A stretch of 64,000 nucleotides of DNA, from contig OZ240245.1 in assembly GCA_965198175.1 (NCBI GenBank), forward strand, positions 4,768,001 to 4,832,000, written 5' to 3'. Position numbers and translations under genes: made by a program. The notes under the pieces were generated by a model. The model was not told where the DNA came from and searched no databases. It was given only the letters and a program-made list of their open reading frames with translations. This DNA is from Candidatus Poribacteria bacterium. Its GTDB lineage: Bacteria; Poribacteria; WGA-4E; PCPOR2b. Every line of letters starts with the position of its first letter. Within the stretch, counting starts at the first letter, position 1. Positions 1 to 10,743 of the stretch are shown one piece after another.

Positions 1-1416
1 GAGAAGGAGGATGGGGATATTATTGTTACCTATGTTGGCAACCCGAAGTATCTGCCCACACATTGGAAAGGGTACGATTCCATCGATCTCTTTATTCTTC
101 GTGGGCTTGCGTTATCCGAACGCCACATTTCTGAGCCTCAACAGACTGCGTTGCTCGATTGGATTCAGCGGGGTGGAACACTACTTACTGCGGGCGGGAG
201 TAATTTCCATGCGCTTCGTGGAGGTTTTCTTGAACCATTCCTGCCTGTTGAACTTGCTGCATTCCAAACGAGGAAAAATCTACCTGAAGCCATGCAGAAA
301 TTCGGTTTTACAGCAATGGATTTCGCCTTTGATCTCATTGATTTTAAGTGCCGGTCCGGTGGACAAGTCCTTATCGGGGACGAAGAGCGAATTTATGTCG
401 CAAAAAAACGCTTGGGCAGCGGGAGTATCATATGCCTCGCATTTGATTACACGGCGCCCCCTTTTTCTGATTCGCCCGGAGCGGAAAATTTTTGGGAATG
501 GTTTTTCAAGGAAGCGGGTAGATCTCCGCACCACATTGAGGAAGCGCACTATGGTGCCTATCGCAGGCACAACGAAAAAATCCAGGCTTTACTCACAACC
601 CGTTCTTCGACCCGCGCTCCGTTAATCCTTTCGTTAGCAGGATTCCTAATCGTTTACCTACTGAGCCTCGGCGGAATAATATGGTTGACGGGACGCCGTC
701 AGAATAAATCAAAGTTATACTGGATTGGCGGTGTGTTGCTTCCGGTGTTTTTCTCGTTCGCGGTAATCATTCCGCGAAACGTCGCGCCCGGTTGGGTAAC
801 CCTCAACCGCTTGTCAATTTTATCCGTCTATGCTGAAAGAGAACGGGCACACTTGCAGAGTTATATCGGCATGATTGCCTCTACAAATTTAAACACGCCG
901 ATTCAGTTTGGAGCGGAGACATTGATTAGACCACTAACCCCAACCGCTACACCTCCTTTGCAACTTATTGAGGCTAGAAACGATTTTCAACTCCATGACA
1001 CAAGCGTAGATGCGTGGGTAACGCAGACTTATCTTGCTGAGTCGTTCATAGATTTCGCTTCTCCCCGCATCCAGTGTAACGCTGGTTACATTCAGCATCA
1101 TTTGCGTGATGCGCTCGAAAACGCGTGGCTTATTGATAGAGGCAGTTACACTTACCTTGGATCAGTTCCTCCCAATACGGCTATAAAAATAAGGGAAAAA
1201 ACGACGCAGGAGAAGTGGTCATTCCCTCGAGAGTTGGTTGGAACGCGGCGGGAAGAATTTGCGAAAATTCTTGTGAGTGAAGGGTTACTACGTTATCTCG
1301 TACAGGAGGAGGGATCAAAACTGCTCGGTTGGTTGGAGGGATTGTCCTTGCCAATGTCGCTCAACAACCCTGTGAATGCTGTGGATAACACCTTCGTTAT
1401 TCTTCACATACAATGA
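1..1416 (+). CDS. Membrane protein with N-terminal class I glutamine amidotransferase-like (non-catalytic) region; 5' end lies outside the window
   Basis: Frame 1 is open from base 1 (EKEDGDIIVTYVGNPKYLPTHWKGYDSIDLFIL..LLDWIQRGGTLL) into the 151..1416 ORF; two hydrophobic TM segments mid-protein. Confidence 0.6.
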   Translation, partial: EKEDGDIIVTYVGNPKYLPTHWKGYDSIDLFILRGLALSERHISEPQQTALLDWIQRGGTLLTAGGSNFHALRGGFLEPFLPVELAAFQTRKNLPEAMQKFGFTAMDFAFDLIDFKCRSGGQVLIGDEERIYVAKKRLGSGSIICLAFDYTAPPFSDSPGAENFWEWFFKEAGRSPHHIEEAHYGAYRRHNEKIQALLTTRSSTRAPLILSLAGFLIVYLLSLGGIIWLTGRRQNKSKLYWIGGVLLPVFFSFAVIIPRNVAPGWVTLNRLSILSVYAERERAHLQSYIGMIASTNLNTPIQFGAETLIRPLTPTATPPLQLIEARNDFQLHDTSVDAWVTQTYLAESFIDFASPRIQCNAGYIQHHLRDALENAWLIDRGSYTYLGSVPPNTAIKIREKTTQEKWSFPRELVGTRREEFAKILVSEGLLRYLVQEEGSKLLGWLEGLSLPMSLNNPVNAVDNTFVILHIQ

Positions 1417-1543
1417 AACTCATGCCTCGCCCTTCAGGTCTTGGAACGTCAAGATAGGAAAATTCAACCTCAAATCGGTATAGTTTGGAACTAGCCGAAT
1501 CGGTGGATTGAAGCCCTCTTGCACCGATAGCGTAATGAACTGC

Positions 1544-2377
1544 TCATTGCTTAGGACGTTTCGGCGGAGTGGCTGACACACCTTCCAATCCTCCGCTGAC
1601 TCTGAGGACTTCACCGGTGATCCAGGAAGCCGCCGGACTACAAAGGAAGACGACGCCTTGTGCAATATCAGCTGGCTCTCCCCACCGCCCTAGCGGAATG
1701 GCGCTGCGAACACGTTCAATCATCTCATCCTCGGTGATGTTCAGGGTTTGGCAACGTTGCGCCATACCTCTCTGGTTAAACTCGGTGTAAACGGGGCCCG
1801 GACTCACCGCGTTAACCCGCACACCGTAAGCTGCTAGCTCCAGAGCCAGTGTCCGGGTCAGACTAATCACGCCTGCCTTTGCCGCGTTGTACGACCCAAC
1901 TAGCGCGGCTGGATTCTGGCCGTTGACGGACGCGATATTGACAATACACCCCGACTCCTGACGCTCCATGATCGCGCCGGCAGCACGGCAGCAGTAAAAG
2001 GTACCAGTTAATGTAACGTTCAACACCCGTTCCCACTCCTGATCGCTCAGTTCGACAATGGGAGTCACATTCTGGCCGACACCGGCATTATTGACCAGAA
2101 TGTCCAACCGCCCGTATTCGCCAGCCGCTTTCTCAAAGAACGTGGTCACGCCGGTACTGTCGGTAATGTCCAGATATGCCGCCTGTACCTTCAAGCCATA
2201 CTCTCGAAACTCGTCTGCCGTTGTCCGTGCCTTTTCTAATTGCAGGTCAGCGATAATCACCGTTGCACCGTTGCGAGCGAGCTGGTTGGCGATTGCCAAC
2301 CCCAAACCCTGAGCAGCACCAGTTACTACCGCAATTAACCCATCAAGGTTGTTCGAAGAAGTTGCATTGTTATTCAC
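1544..2377 (-). CDS. Short-chain dehydrogenase/reductase (FabG-like SDR)
   Basis: TGAAQGLG Rossmann motif, NNAG, YNAAK catalytic motif, VNAVSPG. Confidence 0.92.
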   Translation of the reverse strand: MNNNATSSNNLDGLIAVVTGAAQGLGLAIANQLARNGATVIIADLQLEKARTTADEFREYGLKVQAAYLDITDSTGVTTFFEKAAGEYGRLDILVNNAGVGQNVTPIVELSDQEWERVLNVTLTGTFYCCRAAGAIMERQESGCIVNIASVNGQNPAALVGSYNAAKAGVISLTRTLALELAAYGVRVNAVSPGPVYTEFNQRGMAQRCQTLNITEDEMIERVRSAIPLGRWGEPADIAQGVVFLCSPAASWITGEVLRVSGGLEGVSATPPKRPKQ

Positions 2378-2449
2378 ATCATATTCCCACGTTTAGAATT
2401 TCACCCTGCTGTTGCTAGCACCGTGTTCATCTATAGGAATTCGCGGTGT

Positions 2450-3610
2450 TTACAGGTTCACCCACGTCGAACCGTTATTGCAGGATTCCACGGTCTTATA
2501 GATGAACTCCATTCCACGTAAACCGTCATAAACAGTGGGGAAATTATATTTCTCAGTCTTCATCGGATTGCCATCAATGTACCGCTGGATTGCCTCAGCA
2601 ACCCCAACGTAAATAGTAGCGAATCCCTCCAGATACCCTTCCGGATGACCGGGTGGGATGCGTGTGCATGCGGCTGCTGATTCAGAGAGATAGCCTTGGC
2701 CACGCCCCAGCGTCTGTCTCGGCTCGCCATAACGATAGAGTTCAAGATAGTTCGGATTCTCATGAGCCCACTTAACGGCTCCCTCGGAGGCGTAGACGCG
2801 AAGAATCAGCCCATTCTCTTCCCCAGTAGCAACTTGACTGACTGTCAATACGCCCTTTCCTCCACCTTTGAAACGAAGTAGCGCGTTGACATCTTCATCA
2901 AGCGTCCGATCCGGAAGAAATGTGCTTTTATCCGCACACAATTCAATTATCGAATCGCCAGTAACATATTCGACCAAATTCACAGAGTGAGTGCCTATAT
3001 CGCCCATAGTTCCACCGATTCCCGATTGTGCAGGGTCAACTCGCCAGGCGGCCTGTTTCTGACCCAGTTTCTCGTGTGGAACCATGAGAAAGTCCTGAAA
3101 GTATTCGACAACCACCTTGCGGACTGTGCCCATTTCGCCGGAACGAAATAGATGGCGCGCGTGTCTTACAAGCGGGTGGCCCGTATAGTTGTAAGTTACC
3201 GCAAACACAAGCCCCGACTTCTCAACAAGATCGACGAGCGATTTCGCTTCATTGAGCGTGTAGGTCATCGGCTTATCGCAGATGATGTGAAACCCGGCGT
3301 CAAGGAATGCTCTTGCGATAGGGAAGTGGGAGACATTCGGCGTCACGATGCTGACGAAGTCGATTCGCTGATCGTCGGGAAGTTTGGCTTCAGCAGCCGC
3401 CATCTCTTCATAGGTCGCATAGCAACGCGCAGGAGAAAGGTGGAGTTGTTCGCCGGTAATCCGGGTGTTTTCAGAATCCCGCGAGAAGCAGCCGGCAACA
3501 AGTCCAATTTGCTGATCGAGTGCGGCTGCGATACGGTGCACACCACCGATAAAGGCGCCCTGACCTCCGCCAATCATTCCCATTCGTAATTTGCGTCCCC
3601 AAGAACTCAT
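2450..3610 (-). CDS. Gfo/Idh/MocA family oxidoreductase
   Basis: GMIGGGQGAFIG, TPNVSH, CDKP, DIGTH, GHPEGY motifs. Confidence 0.92.
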   Translation of the reverse strand: MSSWGRKLRMGMIGGGQGAFIGGVHRIAAALDQQIGLVAGCFSRDSENTRITGEQLHLSPARCYATYEEMAAAEAKLPDDQRIDFVSIVTPNVSHFPIARAFLDAGFHIICDKPMTYTLNEAKSLVDLVEKSGLVFAVTYNYTGHPLVRHARHLFRSGEMGTVRKVVVEYFQDFLMVPHEKLGQKQAAWRVDPAQSGIGGTMGDIGTHSVNLVEYVTGDSIIELCADKSTFLPDRTLDEDVNALLRFKGGGKGVLTVSQVATGEENGLILRVYASEGAVKWAHENPNYLELYRYGEPRQTLGRGQGYLSESAAACTRIPPGHPEGYLEGFATIYVGVAEAIQRYIDGNPMKTEKYNFPTVYDGLRGMEFIYKTVESCNNGSTWVNL

Positions 3611-3679
3611 AACAATCTATTCTCCTCTTGAATTTCGGTACACCCATTTGAGCAAACTCAAAAGATATTTCCTGTGTGC

Positions 3680-3708
3680 AGTATATCACAAGTAGAACTC
3701 TTTGTCAA
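3680..3708 (-). promoter_or_regulatory. Sigma70-type promoter for the Gfo/Idh/MocA-SDR unit
   Basis: Minus strand TTGACA-17 nt-TATACT, about 70 nt upstream of the ATG. Confidence 0.7.
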
Positions 3709-4281
3709 TGCGGTGCTTCAGTACCGCCGGATGTCATTTGGTCTATCGTTCATCAGTTGCAATGTCGTGTTATGCGGATAATGTCTATGAAAGCGGAGAT
3801 TTACGCTCAAGCGGTACCCCGACGAAATTCCCGCGTTTGCGGGAAGGACCGGTTAGTACGTAGCTACACGGCGTAAGTTGACGCAGCATTCCTACGACTT
3901 TTGCTTGAATCCTTTTCAGGAGAATTGTAAAATTCGCACATCCACATCGCTTAACGAAGACAAATTCTGGATCGAAAATTCCCAATGGACCGACAAAGGG
4001 AGGGTTATTTTCTACGCGTAATGGTAAGTCGTGAACATGTTGACGGCAAACTCGTTATAAGCAACGACTATCTATCTCTTGATATCTTTCTTTTAGGGAA
4101 ATCTTACGGCAGAGCTAAAAGTACGTGTGTCCCGAGCATTACACCGTCGTTGCACCGCATCTCAACATAACAATCAACAGACAAAACACCTTGATTAAGT
4201 GGTAAGTTTATGCGATAATTGCTTGTAGAGGCGGATCTCATACATACTCTATTCACGGCCCACTGACCGCTGGTTTCTCAG

Positions 4282-6140
4282 ATGGGAAAACAGATGAATC
4301 CTACAAAATCACTGCTGAGTTATATAACAGCGATTCTCGTGCTCGGCACGGTTGTGGCAACCGCCCAAACGCCACAGCAGATTGCCAAGAAAGCCTTGGA
4401 CGCCACGGTGCTTTTAGTGATGGAAGATGCCGACGGTCAGCCGCTTGGATTGGGGAGCGGATTCTTCGTCCGCAAAGGGTTAGTGGCAACTAACCTCCAC
4501 GTCATTGAAGACGCCGCAAAAGGCTACGCAAAAAGCGTTGGTCAAGAAACAAGGTACGACATCGAAGGCATGACAGCAACGGATGACGACAACGACCTTG
4601 CCATACTGAAGGTCACGGTTTTGGATGTACCCGTGCTGCCCTTGGGTGACAGCGATGCCGTTCAGGTTGGTGAAGCGGTTTACGTCGTGGGAAACCCGCG
4701 GGGATTGGACGGTACATTCTCGCAGGGGGTCATCAGTAGTATCCGAGCGGTTAAAACGCACAAGCGTCTCCAGTTCACGGCCCCGATTTCTCCGGGCAGC
4801 AGCGGCCCCGTCCTAAACGAAGCAGGCGAAGTGATAGGAGTTACGGTAGCGACCTTCCGCGGTGGGCAGAATCTCAATTTCGCCATTCCTTCAAATTATC
4901 TCAATGCACTCATCGCGAGGTCGGAGGAAACCAAACCGTTATCGCACGGTAAACCTTCGATATCTACGGAGACCTATTTTCGACGGGGCAACATGAAGTA
5001 CGATCTCGGTCTATATCAGTCCGCCATTTCAGACTACGACACTGCCATCCGTCTCAAGCCTGATTTTGCCCATGCCTACTTCAATCGGGGCCGTGCAAAG
5101 AGCGAACTCGGACAACACACCACCGCTATTGCAGACTACGACGCCGTTATACAACTCAAACCTGATGATGCCAAAGCCTACTACAGTCGGGGCAATGCTA
5201 AAGCAAGTTAGGACAACACGACGCCGCTATCAGAGACTATGACACCTTTATACGATTGGAACCTGATGATGCCAAAGCCTACGGCAATCGGGGCAATGCT
5301 AAGAGCAAGTTAGGACAACACGACGCCGCTATCAGAGACTATAACACCGTTATACGATTGGAACCAAATGATGCCAAAGCCTACTTCAATCGGGGCCGTG
5401 CAAAGAGTAAGTTAGGACAACACGACGCCGCTATCACTGACTACGACACTGCCATCCGTCTCAAGCCTGATTTTGCCTATGCCTACTTCAATCGGGGCCG
5501 TGCTAAGAGCGAACTCGGACAACACACCACCGCTATTGCAGACTACAACGCCGTTATACAACTCAAACCTGATGATGCCAAAGCCTACTACAGTCGGGGC
5601 CGTGCTAAGAGCAAGTTAGGACAACATGACGCTGCTATCAGAGACTATGACACCCTTATACGATTGGAACCTGATGATGCCAAAGCCTACGGCAATCGGG
5701 GCAATGCTAAGAGCAAGTTAGGACAACACGACGCCGCTATCAGAGACTATAACACCGTTATACGATTGGAACCAAATGATGCCAAAGCCTACTTCAATCG
5801 GGGCCGTGCAAAGAGTAAGTTAGGACAACACGACGCCGCTATCAGAGACTATGACACCTTTATACGACTCAAACCCGATTTTGCCCATGCCTATTTCCTT
5901 CGAGGCGTATCGAAAGGGAAGGTAGGACAGATCGCCGCCGCCATAATCGACTTTGACACCACGCTCCGTCTCAAACCCAATTATACCGACGCCTACTTCA
6001 ATCGGGGCGTTGCCAAGGTCAAGCTGAGACAGCACGACGCCGCCATCGTAGACTTAAGCACCGCCCTGAACCTCGCGGAAAAAGCGGGTGATACAGAGTA
6101 CAGCAATCGTATACGGAAAATGCTGCGAGCGTTAAGGTAG
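4282..6140 (+). pseudogene. Secreted trypsin-like serine protease + TPR array, split by a 1-nt frameshift at ~5201 (pseudogene or assembly error)
   Basis: Signal peptide; GSGF, TNLHV, DLAI, GSSG protease motifs; ORFs 4282..5211 and 5256..6140 join if a G is restored in gct aa[g] agc aag, as seen in sister repeats. Confidence 0.8.
5035..5895 (+). repeat. Tandem 102-nt TPR-coding repeats with a 408-nt four-unit higher-order duplication
   Basis: tacgacactgccatccgtctcaagcctgattttgcc at 5035 and 5442 (407 apart = 408 minus the deleted base). Confidence 0.85.
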
Positions 6141-6245
6141 AGACGCCCATCGCGTTGACGAGGCTACACCCAGTCTGCCATTTCACTGCATTGGACATCT
6201 AATGAATCAATCGGGCCGGATCGGCGGGTCATGTGGAGGCATAGT

Positions 6246-6899
6246 TTACATGACGAATCCCCCAACGAAAATGTTGTTCGCCGGCTCACTACGATTCCAC
6301 GTTACAGCGAGAATCGTATCCTTATAACGGTAGAGATTGGATTTGCCAACAACGGCGGTGTCAATCGTTTCAAGGGGCTTGTACCAGACCTCATGCGGCT
6401 GGGTGCAATATTCGCAAGGATTGCGCAATGCGGATAGGAACAGCACTTCGCCAACACGAAGTTCATATTCCATATCCTGTTTGGTGAATTCGATGGGCTC
6501 AATTTGCGTGCCGACAATCTCTCCCACAACCGCACTGCGTTTGGTTTTTATCAGATCGACCAGCGCAGCACGCTGTTCTAACGTCGCCTTAGTATCTAAA
6601 TATAATACGCTTCGTCGGCTTTCGGTATCGACTTCGAGGTTGCTTTTCGCAGTCACAACGGCAACAACGGTTAAATTATCGAGTGAGACACCGTTCCACT
6701 CGCCTTGGTGGATATTCCAAACAAGCGTTGCCTCTCTCCCACCTTCGACAAACTCAGACTGAGCGTGACACGCCCCGACGTAGACGCTGACGGAACGCGC
6801 TTCCAGATAATCGCCTCGCACGGTTGTCGTTTGCGTTGCAAACGCACTTGTAACCGTAAACAGAATCGCAACTGCGGTTAAGGTCCAAAACTTCTTCAT
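6246..6899 (-). CDS. Secreted DUF1326-like protein
   Basis: Signal peptide; GDYLEARSVSVYVGACH N-terminal motif and GEWNGVSLDNL resemble DUF1326; RBS ggagg. Confidence 0.6.
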   Translation of the reverse strand: MKKFWTLTAVAILFTVTSAFATQTTTVRGDYLEARSVSVYVGACHAQSEFVEGGREATLVWNIHQGEWNGVSLDNLTVVAVVTAKSNLEVDTESRRSVLYLDTKATLEQRAALVDLIKTKRSAVVGEIVGTQIEPIEFTKQDMEYELRVGEVLFLSALRNPCEYCTQPHEVWYKPLETIDTAVVGKSNLYRYKDTILAVTWNRSEPANNIFVGGFVM

Positions 6900-6993
6900 T
6901 GAGTTTTCCTCCTGATTTTTGAGGTGTTAATGCTGAATCTTTGCACCCTTGAAAACGCCAAGTTCTATAACGAAACAACTCGTGACGATGATA

Positions 6994-7022
6994 ATTATAC
7001 CCGATTCATCGTAAAAAGTCAA
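6994..7022 (-). promoter_or_regulatory. Sigma70-type promoter for the DUF1326-like gene
   Basis: Minus strand TTGACT-17-TATAAT. Confidence 0.65.
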
Positions 7023-7074
7023 AATTGTGAAATACGACGCCCATCCATAACGCGCCGACTGTTTAGGAATCAGC

Positions 7075-7103
7075 TTGACAAGGTTAGGAGCGTGCAATAT
7101 ACT
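7075..7103 (+). promoter_or_regulatory. Sigma70-type promoter for the methyltransferase gene (divergent)
   Basis: TTGACA-17-TATACT. Confidence 0.7.
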
Positions 7104-7159
7104 AATCGAAATACTCAGAACATCTTCCGCATAGCCCCGCTGACCAATCCTTATCTCTC

Positions 7160-7933
7160 ATGTCGCCCCAAAAGTTCCCTCCATCAGACCGCATCTCCCG
7201 AATCAAAAGTCGATTGCGTCAATCTCGCCTTCTATCGATTTTCATGGGATGTCCGTACCCCGCGCCGCGTTGGGAGAAAGCCGTGAAAGGAATTATCCGC
7301 CAAGTCGGACCTGACGCAAAAATCCTCGATCTCGGCTCTGGCATGGATCGGCGTGCGCCCAACGTGATCAATCTTGAAATCGAAGCGACGCCTCATGTTG
7401 ACCTCATGGCTGACGGACATTTCTTACCATTCAAGAATCAGGTCTTCGATGTGGTGATTACCGAAGCGGTGCTTGAGCATGTCCGGGAACCCAAACAAGT
7501 GGTCGCCGAAATCTATCGGACGCTCAAAGATGGCGGATATGTGTGCGCTGGAGTGCCGTTCTTGCAAGCATTTCACGCTTCCCCGCACGATTACCAGCGA
7601 TATACGGTGCCCGGTTTTGACTACCTGTTCAGGGCATTTACGAAGATTGAAGGGGGCGACTGCGCGGGTCCAACTGCGTCGCTACATTGGATTTTTCGAG
7701 AATATGTCGGTCTTGCCTTCTCCTTCGGGAACTTGCTGTTAGCGAAACTGATTTCGCTGATTGTGGGCTGGTTGACGTTCCCGGTAGTGTGGCTGGACTA
7801 TCTATTGATGCGCAATAAACATTCGCATATTTTGGCGTCGGCGGTGTACTTTGTTGGACAAAAGCCGACTTTTCCCCAAACCGATTGTGCAATAAACCGG
7901 AGCACTGCTGAAGTCTCACCGAATACCAAATGA
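7160..7933 (+). CDS. Class I SAM-dependent methyltransferase
   Basis: ILDLGSG motif I, DGHFLPF, FDVV, AVLEHV, HASPHDYQRYT. Confidence 0.88.
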   Translation: MSPQKFPPSDRISRIKSRLRQSRLLSIFMGCPYPAPRWEKAVKGIIRQVGPDAKILDLGSGMDRRAPNVINLEIEATPHVDLMADGHFLPFKNQVFDVVITEAVLEHVREPKQVVAEIYRTLKDGGYVCAGVPFLQAFHASPHDYQRYTVPGFDYLFRAFTKIEGGDCAGPTASLHWIFREYVGLAFSFGNLLLAKLISLIVGWLTFPVVWLDYLLMRNKHSHILASAVYFVGQKPTFPQTDCAINRSTAEVSPNTK

Positions 7934-8069
7934 GATGCGTCGGCTCCACGCCCCACCATCCAACCGAACGCTAGTAACCGTTATCGCTGACGGGCAGAGG
8001 GGAACGATAGAAGGCGTCCGCGGATTGCATCGAACGCCTTATCTGATAGAGGTGTTCGGAAAACGACAA

Positions 8070-9437
8070 TCAACGACGCTTTTCATCCATCACCTTCGAG
8101 ATGGTAAACGCCATTTTTCCAGACAGCGGTTGAGGGATTTTCTCGACAAAATCGGTTTCAACTTGCACATCTGCCCCAAGCGCCTCTTTGATTTTGCGTA
8201 CAATCCATCCGAGCGTATCATCTGTAAATGCGTCGTCTACCACAAGTTTCAGCCTACACAAATCGTAACTTTCTTGGATTAATTGAAACTGACTTACCGT
8301 TTTGATCCCGTAAAACTGTTGGGTAAAGTACCCACCGTGTATCCACCGCCCGTCTTTGCTGCGGAACACCGCCGTCGTCCTCCCCATTAAATCTCCTAGA
8401 ATTGGGGTACGATTCCCACACGGACAAACCTCGTCGGACAGCACACCTACATCGCCGATTCGGTAGCGTATAAACGGCATACCGTAGTTGTTCAGTTGGG
8501 TGATGACAATTTCGCCGGGTTGTGTATAAGGTTCATCGCTATCGATTTCGAGGTAAAGGTCATTGCAGTTGATATGCATCCGTCCAGCGTTGCATTCCAT
8601 AGCGATGAGCCCAACTTCCCGACTCCCATAGCGGTTATAGACTTGTGTTCGGAAAACCTGTTCGGCAAGTTTTCGGTAGTGTGGATACAACATCTCTGCG
8701 GAGGAGATGATGCCATTAAGCCCCCAATCGGGAGTGAGTCCGTTTTGATGTAGACATTGTGCAAATCGATAGAGCGACGATGAATACGCGAGAATCGTTT
8801 GAGGACGCCACCTCCCCAGCTTCTTGGAGAGATTAACCATCTTCTCTTCGGTCATGTTGAACCCGTTAAACCACCAGTGATTTCTCCAGTAACTATTTAG
8901 TTGCTCCTTCGCACCGCTCGCTTTTGAGCGATTCGCGGGCAGTCCCCAAATAATCAGTTGCCGCTCTCCGAAATCCCAACCTGCCCATCGATCAAAGTAG
9001 TAGACGCTCAGATTACGCTTATTCCAATATCCCCTATCCTGATAGAAGACTAACGGGGTGCCCGATGATCCGCCTGTGGCGCTCTGCTTGAGCTGATTAT
9101 TTGAGAATGCCGTGGAGATAAGATCGCCTAGCCGCATGCGAACAATTGATTTCTCCAATGTGGGAATCTGTAGGAAATCTGACGGAAGTTGAATGGCTTC
9201 GGGTCTGATTCTCAGCGAGTCAAATAAGGCGCGATAATACGTCGTCGTTTCATACGCATGCTTGAGCACCCTTCTGACGCGCTTCCACTGAAATTGGACG
9301 ATTGCCTCACGGCTGCCGTTCAATCGTGCCTCTACTTCGGCGAAGTGTTGTCGAAAATGCACACCTTGGCGGTAAGCGTTATACGCACACCACGCTGATT
9401 TTGAGAAAGTCGTTTTGGCACTCCGAAAGATTGACAT
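8070..9437 (-). CDS. Phenylacetate-CoA ligase family (CapK-like) adenylate-forming protein
   Basis: TGGSSGTP loop, YGSREVG, MPFIRYRIGD, SGK near the C-terminus. Confidence 0.88.
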   Translation of the reverse strand: MSIFRSAKTTFSKSAWCAYNAYRQGVHFRQHFAEVEARLNGSREAIVQFQWKRVRRVLKHAYETTTYYRALFDSLRIRPEAIQLPSDFLQIPTLEKSIVRMRLGDLISTAFSNNQLKQSATGGSSGTPLVFYQDRGYWNKRNLSVYYFDRWAGWDFGERQLIIWGLPANRSKASGAKEQLNSYWRNHWWFNGFNMTEEKMVNLSKKLGRWRPQTILAYSSSLYRFAQCLHQNGLTPDWGLNGIISSAEMLYPHYRKLAEQVFRTQVYNRYGSREVGLIAMECNAGRMHINCNDLYLEIDSDEPYTQPGEIVITQLNNYGMPFIRYRIGDVGVLSDEVCPCGNRTPILGDLMGRTTAVFRSKDGRWIHGGYFTQQFYGIKTVSQFQLIQESYDLCRLKLVVDDAFTDDTLGWIVRKIKEALGADVQVETDFVEKIPQPLSGKMAFTISKVMDEKRR

Positions 9438-9666
9438 ACCGAGAGAATTTCAGACGAATCTCCTTTATCTTGTTGATGACCCCTTCTTTCGGCGAACTCG
9501 GTCAAGTCGTCGGGCTGCCGGTGTCTCCGCCGAAGGGTATTGGCATCACTCTTCTATGCAGCCACAACCTTCCACGTACATGTCAAAAGATGTCGGGCGA
9601 ATGCAGCGCAAGACGATAAATTGGGGTCACAGAAACCCTTGTGCCGATGCTATGAACCTCTAATAC

Positions 9667-10638
9667 CTACTGTCCCGGATATGTCCGGTTTTCCAACGCA
9701 GCGACAAATTTCTCTGCGGAAATTGCTGCGGCTGCCCCCGTGCCAGCTGCAGTAATTGCCTGACGAAAGACGTGATCATGCACGTCACCCGCTGCAAAAA
9801 CACCTTCGATATTGGTCTGCTGGAGTTTATCTACGACGATGTAGTCCTGTTCGTCCATCTCAACAATCCCCTTGAATAGGTCTGTATTCGGGATGTGCCC
9901 GACGAAGATAAACACGCCATTGATAGGAAACACTTGTTTTTCATCGGTCTTCACATTTTTGAGCAGTGCTCCTGTAACTTTCCCACCATCGCCCTGAATC
10001 TCTTCAACCACTGTGTTCCAAATAAATTTTATCTTATCGTTTTTGAAGGCGCGTGTCTGCATAATTTGGCTTGCACGAAGTTGATCTCGACGGTGGACCA
10101 CATAAACCTCTGACGCATACTTTGTCAGGAACAATCCCTCCTCAAGCGCTGCATCGCCACCGCCGACAACAATCAGGCGCTGGTTCTGGAAGAAAAATCC
10201 ATCGCACGTTGCACAGTAGGAAACGCCTCGTCCGCCATATTCCGCTTCGCCGGGGATATTGAGTGTTCGAGGTGAGGCACCTGTACAGATGATGACAGCC
10301 TTGGCGTGATATTCCTTTTCGTAGGTTTTTAGATAAAATGGATGGCGATTGAAATTAACTTCTGTCACCTTGTCAAACCGTACCTCAGTTCCAAAGCGTT
10401 CGGCTTGTTTCTGCATCCCTTGGATAAATTCTGCGGCTTCGGTGCCAAAGAATCCTGGATAGTTTTCTAGATCTAACGTCAATGAGAGCTGTCCGCCGAG
10501 TGCATCGCCGGTAATGAGCAGCGGTTCAAGCATTGCTCGTGAGGTGTAGACACCAGCGGCAAAGCCAGCCGTGCCGCCGCCGATAATAATGACGTTACGT
10601 TCTTCCCAATCATTGGTTGTATCTTGAAGGTCTTCCAT
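9667..10638 (-). CDS. trxB: Thioredoxin-disulfide reductase
   Basis: GGGTAG, GGQL, GVSYCATCDG, GGGDAALEE, FAAGDV, RQAITAAG. Confidence 0.96.
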   Translation of the reverse strand: MEDLQDTTNDWEERNVIIIGGGTAGFAAGVYTSRAMLEPLLITGDALGGQLSLTLDLENYPGFFGTEAAEFIQGMQKQAERFGTEVRFDKVTEVNFNRHPFYLKTYEKEYHAKAVIICTGASPRTLNIPGEAEYGGRGVSYCATCDGFFFQNQRLIVVGGGDAALEEGLFLTKYASEVYVVHRRDQLRASQIMQTRAFKNDKIKFIWNTVVEEIQGDGGKVTGALLKNVKTDEKQVFPINGVFIFVGHIPNTDLFKGIVEMDEQDYIVVDKLQQTNIEGVFAAGDVHDHVFRQAITAAGTGAAAAISAEKFVAALENRTYPGQ

Positions 10639-10743
10639 TGCTATGAAGGCTCCTTATTCTAGTATTCGGTCAGTTTTCTGGAGTGTGCGAGTTCAGGAAG
10701 ATTCTCGGCATCGCCGATGTAATCGCCATTTCCCTAATCTTGA

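Noticed and set aside
3827..3846. attcccgcgtttgcgggaa palindrome
   Set aside because: Single short REP-like hairpin with no clear second copy or function
5035..5895. TPR DNA repeats as a CRISPR array or DGR template/variable repeat
   Set aside because: The period is a multiple of 3 within a CDS, there are no unique spacers, differences are not adenine-specific, and no cas or reverse transcriptase gene is in the window
9415..9663. Small ORFs and a ttcggcg..cgccgaa hairpin between trxB and the CapK-like gene
   Set aside because: No RBS or motif support and no match to a riboswitch I recognise
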